From: Vitrella brassicaformis CCMP3155 | Taxonomy: Eukaryota; Protista; Chromerida | Direction of reading: 5' to 3' | NCBI GenBank assembly: GCA_001179505.1 | Contig: CDMY01000691.1 | Coordinates: 1 to 30,058 of the forward strand | DNA length: 30,058 bases | Translations under genes and position numbers: made by a program | Shown here: piece after piece, positions 22,085-30,058 of the stretch | Position numbering within the stretch: position 1 is the stretch's first letter | How the letters are laid out: each line of letters begins with the position of its first letter | Notes under the pieces: generated by a model | Databases searched by the model: none | What the model saw: the letters and a program-made list of their open reading frames with translations, nothing else | What the model was told of the DNA's origin: nothing

Positions 22085-24471
22085 TCAGTCCTCAGTGTAT
22101 GGCGGCGGCGGAGGCTGTGGCTGTGGTTGTGGCTGTGGCTGCGGCTGTGCGCCCCTCTCGCCCACCCCCTCCGCGTGTGCGCCTTCAGCTTGGCTGTACA
22201 AGGGATATGAGGGATACGAGGCCGCGTCGGGGGCCTGCTGCGCCCGTGGGGGCATGCGCAGGGGGGCTGGGGGCGCGAAGGAACTGTCAGTGGCTGCTCG
22301 GATGTACGTGGGCGGGGGGAGGGGGAGGGGGTAGGGGGAGGCGCCAGGCAACTCCTGCAAAACACCAGACGCAGAAAGAGAGAGGGAGTGAGGGGTGGAC
22401 CCCTGTCTGTCTGTCTGTCTGTGTCTGACCCTTGTTTGAATGGGAGCCCTGTGCGTCTGCACTTCCAGGTATTCGCGATGGTCGCGTATCCTTCGCGCAA
22501 CCGGCAGGGCAAACACCATCTCCCACGGATCATCATAGCCCCAAGACTGCACACCACACACCACACCACAAACAGCACCAGACAAACAGACTGGTTCCAT
22601 GGATGGCCGCATCGATCGCATCTGTGAGCCCCTCAGCCCCCCCAACCCCCCCAGCCCCCCCACCCCCCCACAACACACAACACACAACACACCTCATCTC
22701 TTCGGTCGATGGCGAATGGTCGCGACACGGCCTGTCCCTCGCGATAGTCCCGATTGAGCATCGCCTGCACCGCCTCGCTGAACCGCACCCACTGCCCCTC
22801 ACCCCCGCCGCCGCCGCCGCCCCGTCCCTGCTCCGACCTGTACCACCACACCGCATCTCTCGACGCCCTCCGCTGCGCCAGCGCCTCGCTGATCATCCGC
22901 TGCCGCACCAAACGATGCTCAGACGGATGGGAAGTCAGCTCAATGAACAGCAGACCCACAGCGGCGTAGTCGAAGGCTGCAGACGCCAGCCGGTCAGGCG
23001 AGTATGACGCCGGGGAGGCCGGCAACACCACCTCAGGGACAGGGTTGTGGTCGCCTCTCGGTTGCCGCCTCCTGCCCCTTCTGTGCGGGAGGGGAAGGAG
23101 GGAGATCTCCTCTCTCAGCTGGCCGGGGACGTGTGTGGCTGTGTTTGGTAGGAATGTGGCGGTGCGGTGAGCGGTGGGTGGCTGGGGCAGGGGTGGGAGG
23201 GAGAGGTCGGGGACCAGAGAGCACTGCAGACGGTCGACGGGATGGTGAAGCGTGTAGGGCAGGTCGGGCGGCCACAGAGTCGGGCTGGCCACACACACAC
23301 ACACACACACACACACCACACACACACCGATCCAGCATGTGCGCCCTTCCTCCCTCCCTCCCTCCCTCCCTTGCGACTCACTGGAGTGCGTCCGAGTAGG
23401 AGTGTCTGATCTGGTTCGGGTTGACGAGCAGCTGCAGGGCATACAGCACATACTTGCCGCCCAAAGAGAAGGGCTGCGACGACAGCGACGCCAGCTCCAG
23501 CGACGGACTCGCACACCTCATCCTCCCCGTCACACGCAGCGGGGGCAGCACCTCCCTCCCGATAAGGCTGCCGGGCGCCCTGTCGATGGGCATGCGGATC
23601 TGCTGCCTCCCGTCCTCCTTGCGCCGCACCGGCAGCAAAAGCGACGCCTCGAAGAAGCCGAGAGATGTGGAGAGGCCGCTGTAGACGACGTTGAAGGCGG
23701 CGTAGAGGTCGGGGGGCGGCAGCCGCAGACCGACCCGCGTCCAGCCGGCCGGCAGGCTGTATATGTCACCTGCAGAGCAGAGATGGACAGAGAGAGAGAG
23801 AAGGAGGGGAAGATGTGTCTAATTGGCTGGCGTGTCGGGTGTGTGGTGGCTGTGTGTGTGTTCAAGTCGATGTGCAGGGACGGCACTGTGCCGACCGTTT
23901 CTGAAGAGAACGGGGTCGTCGCCCGCCATGGCCCCTCCCTGGAGCACCCTGTCGCTGTCATCTAGCTCAAACACCTTATTGCCCGAGTGGTTGAAGAACC
24001 TGATATATGTATCATTGACATGACACACAGACCGACAGCCGCATGGCACGTGGGTGGGTGCAGCAGACATGTCCCTCCCTCCCTCCCTCCCTCCCTCCCT
24101 CCCCCACTGCCACTGACTCACCAAGGGTTGGGTGCGATGAAGGTCGATTCCTGCACCTCTTGCAGGATCTTGTCGGCATCGAAGGTTGCCACCTCCCACT
24201 CGCCCGCCCCCTCGCCCCACGCCAGCGCCTCGAACGGCTTGTCAAACGTCGATCGGCAAAAGATGCGCATGTGCTCGTAAAACCGCTGGACGACAGCCTC
24301 CTCAACCCCAGTGGGCCCAGCAGCAGCAGAAGGAGCAGGAGCATGGCCTGGCAGCTGACTCGATGAAGCGGCAGAGGCAGAGGTTGGCAGGGCGGATGCG
24401 CCTGAGGCGGATTGGTTCGTGCCGTGTTGCTGGGCAGGAGGGAGGGGAGGGACTCTGGGACTGTCTTGCAT
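22085..24471 (-). CDS. NEURL4-type ADP-ribosyltransferase-fold protein (apparently catalytically degenerate) with a C-terminal WWE-like domain and a Q/P-rich PPxY tail, ~606 aa
   Basis: Exons 24471-24122, 23999-23896, 23769-23382, 23284-22693, 22546-22430 and 22354-22085 join in frame (1821 nt). Motifs YSLPAGWTRVGLRL / FNVVYSG / ASPSLELA / YALQLLVNP / RLQC / AVGLLFIEL follow the order of the NEURL4-type ART domain as I recall it. VWWY..GQWVRFSEAVQAMLNRDYREG..WEMVF is WWE-like. The 5' end may extend to ATG 24830. Confidence 0.72.
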
Positions 24472-25327
24472 CCATCGTCACTCGGCCTCAGTGCGCATCG
24501 GGCCTTCTCTCCGCCTGTAGGCGGCGGCTGCCCATGGCGGCCCCAGAGCGGCCGTAGACACGCCTAGACGCCTGGATGGAACGTCTACGATGTATGTATG
24601 CCCTCAAGACGCACGCCAACAGAGAAGGAATCTCTGAGAGGTTGGATGGACCAGGGAGCCAAGGACAACACTGAGTTGTATGGATCTGATGCTTTTCTGG
24701 TTATCTGACGTACCTGTGGTTCGTCACGGCCCGTTGCGCGCCCACCTTCTTTCCCCTCCTGCCCGTCGCTGCTTGAGCTTGCAACCCCGCGTGAAACCTG
24801 GGGATGGGCGGTATCTACGTATGGAGTCATGGTGCCTGACGCACGCACGCACGCCGCCTTCAAGCTGCTGCTGGGGTGGCGTGTGTGCGACGCTGTGTGC
24901 CTGCTTGTATGTGGCCGTCGTTCGCAGCGCATTGCATATCCTCCTCTCTGCTGCATCTGCCCTCTGCGTGCTGCGTGTTGCGTGTCCGGGTTGCATGTTA
25001 GGGTGCCTGTTTCATGTTGGACAGACCGACAGGGGACTTGGCCGTCAGGCCACCTAGGGTGCTCCCTGAAACCGCTGCGAATGAACTGCGCGCGAAACCG
25101 CTCTCCTGCAGACCGCTTGAAGCCAAAGAGGCTACACAGCCGTCTGCCCGTCCGCACAAGGCCTTGTGCACCCCAGATCTCTCCTGACATCCCACTGATC
25201 TGCGTCCGGTGCGACCCTTGAGACCCTTCCCCTCTCCCTCCCTCCCTCCCTCCCTGCGCCTCCCCACCCCATCCCCCACCGACGTGTGCATCGCATTGAC
25301 CCGCCCTCGATCCGTCCATCTACCGAA

Positions 25328-26551
25328 ATGAGCGAGATCGCCGTGCTGGGTATGGGGAACCCCCTGCTGGACATCATTGCCGACGTGACGCCCGACTTCC
25401 TGGACTCGTACGGCATCAAGCCCAACAACGCCATCCTGGCGGAGGAGAAGCACCTGCCCATCTACGCCGACATGGACGCCAAGTTCTCCGTCACGTACGT
25501 GGCCGGCGGCGCCACGCTCAACGCCATCCGCGTGTGCCAGGCGCTGCTGGGTCGCCCCAAGGGCACGGCCTACATCGGGTGCATCGGCAAGGACAACTAC
25601 GGCTCGGTCATGAAGGGCATTGCGAGCAAGGAGGGGTTCATCCCGCTGTTCGCCGAGAGCGACAAGAACCCCACGGGCAGCTGTGCGGTGCCGGTGGTGA
25701 GCGGGGAGCGGTCGCTGGTGGCCAACATCGCCGCGGCCAACGACTACCCCATCGACCACCTCAAGTACAAGGTGTGGGAGCAGGTCGAGAAGGCCAAGAT
25801 CTGCTACTCGGCCTCCTTCTTCCTCACCGTCAACCCGCCCGCCATGCTGGCCATGGCCGACCACTGCGCCAAGACCAACAAGCTCTACTGCATGAACCTG
25901 AGCGCGCCCTTCCTGATAGAGTTCTTCAGGGAGCCCATGATGCAGGTCATGCCGTACGTCGACATCCTCTTCGGCAACGAGTCCGAGTGCGCCCACTTCG
26001 GCAAGGTCCACGGCATCGAGACCACCGACAACGTCGCCATCGCCAAGAAGATCGCCGAGATGCCCAAGGTCAACCACAAGCGGCCCCGCATGGTCGTCGT
26101 CACACAGGGCAGCGAGTCGACCATCGTCGCCACACAGTGGAAGGGCGCCGGCGTCAAGGTCACCACCTACCCCGTCGAGCCGCTCGAGCGGTCCAAGCTG
26201 GTCGACACCAATGGGGCGGGGGACGCCTTCGTGGGCGGGTTCCTCTACGGCCTGGCCATCGACAAGGACCTGGACTTCTGCGTCTTCATGGCCCACTACG
26301 CCGCACGGCACGTCATCCAGCGGAGCGGATGCACCTTTGATTTCACTGGTGAGGTACGTATGTGCCCATACACACACACAGCACACACAGCACGGAGAGA
26401 GAGGGGGAGAGAGAGGGGGCGGGTGGATGAAGGGAATACGGGAAATGGGCGCCACCATCCCATTCTCATCTCGTGGTGACACTGTGTGTGTGTGTGTGTG
26501 TGTGGTGGTTGTGTGGTTTTTGTGTGTTGTTCAGATCGCCCAGATCACTAA
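25328..26551 (+). CDS. ADK: Adenosine kinase (PfkB/ribokinase family), 345 aa
   Basis: ATG 25328. Motifs: GMGNPLLDI at the N-terminus, AGGATLN, PTGSCAV, RSLVAN, MNLSAPFL, YVDILFGNESE, and the PfkB signature DTNGAGDAFVGG with the catalytic Asp. Exons 25328-26348 + 26535-26551 give ...GCTFDFTDRPDH*. An alternative donor at 26354 gives a stop at 26576. Confidence 0.95.
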
Positions 26552-27950
26552 CATGCTGAACGGGGTGCCCAACTGACCACTCCACAAGAAGCGGACGGAC
26601 GGACGATCGTCACCTTTGAAATCTCTCGAAGAGAGCCTACACACACTCACACATGGCAGACATGGATGAATGGATGGATGTGGTGTCGTTTTGAGGCTGA
26701 CTGACACCGAGACAGCCAACCAATGATGTGGGTGGCGTGACGTGAGGGAGGTAGCAATGGCGCCGCTGTTGGCCAACAGCGGTTTCTGTGTTCGTGTACG
26801 TGCAGAGAGGTGCGCGTGGGGTCGGATGGCTGGATGGATGGCTGGATGGATGGATTTCATGTTGCGTGTGGGTTTAAGTGTGCATCTATCTGGGTACATG
26901 TGTGTGTGTGATGTTGCCGTACAAGTGGGAGTGTGAAGGGCTGGCCGGCCGGATGGCTGGCTGGCTGTCTCGTGTGGTCTGTCTGTCCCATTTCTCCCCT
27001 CTCTCTTGCTTTTCTTTTCCCCCGCCTGACCGACAGACAGTGGTGTTTGTGTTCGTCAAGCCCCCCTGTTGTCTCTCTACCTGTCTGCCTGCGTGCATGC
27101 CTGCGTGTGGGTGAGGTTGCGAGTTTTCCTGGCCGATGAGTGGATGGATGGGCCGAACAGCCAATTGCTCCCCGGCCGCTCACGCACCGACTCACTGGGA
27201 CTCGGCAGACACAGACAGACAGACAGACAGAGGCTTCTTCCGTTCTAATTACATGGGCGTGCGAGTGGGGGAGGTGGTTTGGTGTGTTGCGTGTGCGCAC
27301 CACGGCGGAATGCAGAGATGGCGGCATAGCGTAGATGCATAGAGGATACAGGTGTGCACTCGAATCACACGCACACACGGTTGGTTGGTCGATCGATGTT
27401 GGCATGACTCGTTTTATTTATCCAATGCATTCAATGCACGCCACGATGGCAAGGTGGTGCTTTCGTTTTGTGGACGCGTCGAGGTGCCTCACAATTGATT
27501 GATTGCCCGCACGTCTCTGCTGTGTGTCTGAGTGTCTGCATGAGTGTCTGTGTCTTCCGTGTGCGTGGGTGAGGACGCACAACGAGAATAAATCAGGACT
27601 TTGCAAGCACTCAGCCAATGCAATCGACGTGCGTGTGTCATCAGCGTTAAGGGCAAACTGTCAAAGTATCACATCACACACCACTCACCCGCCCGCACTC
27701 ATCGATGCGGCACGAACATGCTCAGACATGAGAAATGAGAAGACAGTCACGCCTCCACGCTGCCATTCTCACCCCAAGCCGCCTCACTCACCAGAATGTC
27801 GCCGTCTGATACATCCATCCCCCACAGCGACGCACCACCTACCAACACCAATGCAGCACGACACACAAGCAATGAGAGAATCCAATGCACTGTCACGAGC
27901 ACTCACTCTCCCTCAACCCAGCCCACCCCACCCACCGCTAAGGGAGAAAT

Positions 27951-29933
27951 TTATCCGAGGAGCGCTCGCTCCAGCCGATATTCGGTCAGCAGGGGCCGAG
28001 CGGCAGTCACACCGAGGGGGTACCGCTCGATGGCCGTGCGGTCCTCTGTCGGCGCCTCGGTCGTGTGAAGCCGGATGTTGCCATCTACCAGCCACAGGTA
28101 GGCCACGATGGTATCGGTTGCCTTGGTGCCCTTGAGGATGATGAGTCGCCGACGGTCGTCATCACCGTCGAACCCACGCTCCTCGATGAGGTCGACGATC
28201 TCGCAGCCCTCGACAGTTGCTGCCGTCAGCAGGGACCAATACCGAGTGTCGTCACGACCGACAAAAACAGCGGCCACCAGCTTCTGCTGCGCCCCCTCTT
28301 GGTCATACCACAGCAGCAGGACGGTCCGCTTGATGAAGGTCGTGAATGATGGGTAGAGATAGTCACCCCGGCGGATGGCGGGGTTGGCGGCATCGTATGT
28401 GGCTCGGTAGGGGTAGGTGGGCGGCAGATCGGACAGGGGGACGGTCGTGAAGTCGATATTGCCGATTCTGTAGCGCTGCCTCGTCACGCCACCACTGCCA
28501 TCGCCCGGCTGCCCTCCTCTGGGGCGCCCTGCTCCCTCCTCTATGGCACTTCCGCCGCCACCTTCTGCCTGATGCTGCTGGCCGATGTCGGCATCGTGTT
28601 GCTCGCTCCTGTCGTCCATGGCGCTGTCGCTGTCCTGGCCGCTCTCGTTGCCGCCATCGTCGGCATCCTCTTGCTCTTCATCCACCCGCTGCAGTGCCAG
28701 GCTGGTCCCTCGGTGGCTGAGCAAATGGCCGAACGTGCTGTAGACGGCCAGTGCGAGGGGCAGCTCATCGAAGGCCGTCTTGGTGGCCAGGTGGTCGGCC
28801 GTCCACTGTGGCGACAGCTGCAGGGGCAGTGCCTTGATGAGCTTGCGGTTGCGCGCCAGGTGGATGAAGTCGGCCATCTGCTGCCATAGCGCCCCTCCTC
28901 GCTCAAGCACAAAGGCGCATTTGCTGTAGTAGCCGAACATCGACCGATACACATCGACGAGGCCGGTCAAATGGTTGCTGTCGAGGGAGCCATCGATGCG
29001 CTTGAGCATGAAGGCCTCGTTGATGAGTTGTGTGCCGTAGTGCGTGTTTGTTGCCCGCGCCGGGCTGATGGCCACGTCGACAGGGAGGTACCCCACCACT
29101 CCATCCCGGTAAATTTCGGCCGGCAGCCGGTTGGCCGTCACGTCCACGGCATTGTTGCCACCAGCAGTAGTGGCTGTGGGTGGGGTGGTGGTGGTGGGGT
29201 GAGGGGGGCCAGGTTGCTGTGTGGTGTCTGGTTGACAGGGGGGAGGGGGCGGGGCGGCAGAGATGTGGTGGGCGATGGTCTGAATGGCAGCCGAGAGGGT
29301 CGACACGCTCGACTTGACGGATGACCACTCATGGGCAATGACGGACGCCTAAATCCATCACATAGACGACAGATAAAGCGGGATGTGTTGAGCCGCCCCT
29401 CCCACTGTGTCTGTGTGACTTCACCTGGTCAGCCGGGATGGACGTCATTTTCAGCGGGTCGACGGCAGACACCTCAGTGGCCACCTGACACACACACACA
29501 CAGAGCACACAAGTCATGGCATCCATCCCTCAGTGGGTCGATGTCTGTGTGTCCTTCACCTGCTCTATGAGTGAGTGTATGGCCGCCAGCCGACCACACA
29601 CATCGCCCGACCCGCCACACACAGGGGGGGATGCCTGCACAGAGAGCGACCATAGGCACACACAGTGAGACTCAGTGATTCACACAGTGGCGCGTTGTAT
29701 TTGCCTCACCGATGCTGCTTGACTGTGCCCCTGCTGGTGCTGCTCGTGGTGGTGAGCTGCCGCATCACTCATCACGCTGATGCCTGTGCAAGCAGATGTG
29801 GTCCGCACCACGTCTGTCCGTCAGTCAGTCAGTCTGTCCGCTGTGCTTCTGAGGTCTCACCTGCAGCATCAATCGCATGGCCGTCGACCCGCCGGCCCTT
29901 TGCGTCACCTCCAACAGAGTCATTGGAGGACAT
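27951..29933 (-). CDS. F-box-like lineage-specific hypothetical protein, ~559 aa
   Basis: Exons 29933-29861, 29783-29710, 29634-29560, 29484-29425 and 29348-27951 join in frame (1680 nt): MSSNDSVGGDAKGRR... The block RLPAEIYRDGVVGYLPVD resembles an F-box start (LP..I...I..YL). An acidic/Gly-rich linker is followed by a beta-rich C-terminal region. A probable 5'UTR intron acceptor lies at 29940. Confidence 0.72.
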
Positions 29934-30058
29934 TTCTTTCTGACTCACACATGAATGGTGACACACACAGTGAGAGTCAGCCGAGCATTTGTAGCACATG
30001 CAGCCGTTCGTGTGCCTCACCACCGGACGGTTTTGCTTCAAGGCGATATTGTCACTGC

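Noticed and set aside
22113-22148. (GGCTGT)n tandem repeat
   Set aside because: It encodes the QPQPQP tract of the ART-WWE protein and is not an independent element.
24998-26482. 494-aa minus-strand ORF overlapping ADK
   Set aside because: It is the antisense mirror of a strongly C/G3-biased CDS, which rarely produces reverse-strand stops. It has no recognisable motifs, while the + frame is unambiguous adenosine kinase.
1-30058. CRISPR array, tRNA/rRNA genes, transposase/RT ORFs
   Set aside because: By eye I found no regularly spaced direct repeats with unique spacers, no cloverleaf or rRNA-like segments, and no DDE or RT motifs. A tRNAscan/Infernal/RepeatModeler run would be needed to exclude weak cases.

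Overview
This is GC-rich, intron-dense eukaryotic genomic DNA. Exons are often 35-300 nt and introns are typically 60-190 nt and microsatellite-rich. The alveolin-type gene, intron style and gene families point to an alveolate, most likely a chromerid such as Vitrella (inference). I can build seven spliced gene models by hand: (1) + 5'-truncated alveolin/IMC1-like gene ending at 1746; (2) - giant CCDC162/DUF4549-like coiled-coil gene, 16712->2349; (3) + intronless 75-aa ORF head-to-head with gene 2; (4) - uncharacterised ~616-aa probable nuclear protein; (5) - NEURL4-type ADP-ribosyltransferase-fold protein with a degenerate catalytic triad, a WWE-like domain and a PPxY tail; (6) + adenosine kinase; (7) - F-box-like lineage-specific protein. 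There is a 300-N gap inside an intron. I found no rRNA, tRNA, CRISPR array or transposase. The most interesting signals are pervasive self-complementary introns (AC/AG-rich 5' arm pairing with a GT/CT-rich 3' arm), the pseudo-ART + WWE protein, a microprotein that is divergent from or nested antisense in the giant gene, and a chain of overlapping palindromes at a convergent gene boundary. Family assignments come from recalled motifs, not database searches.
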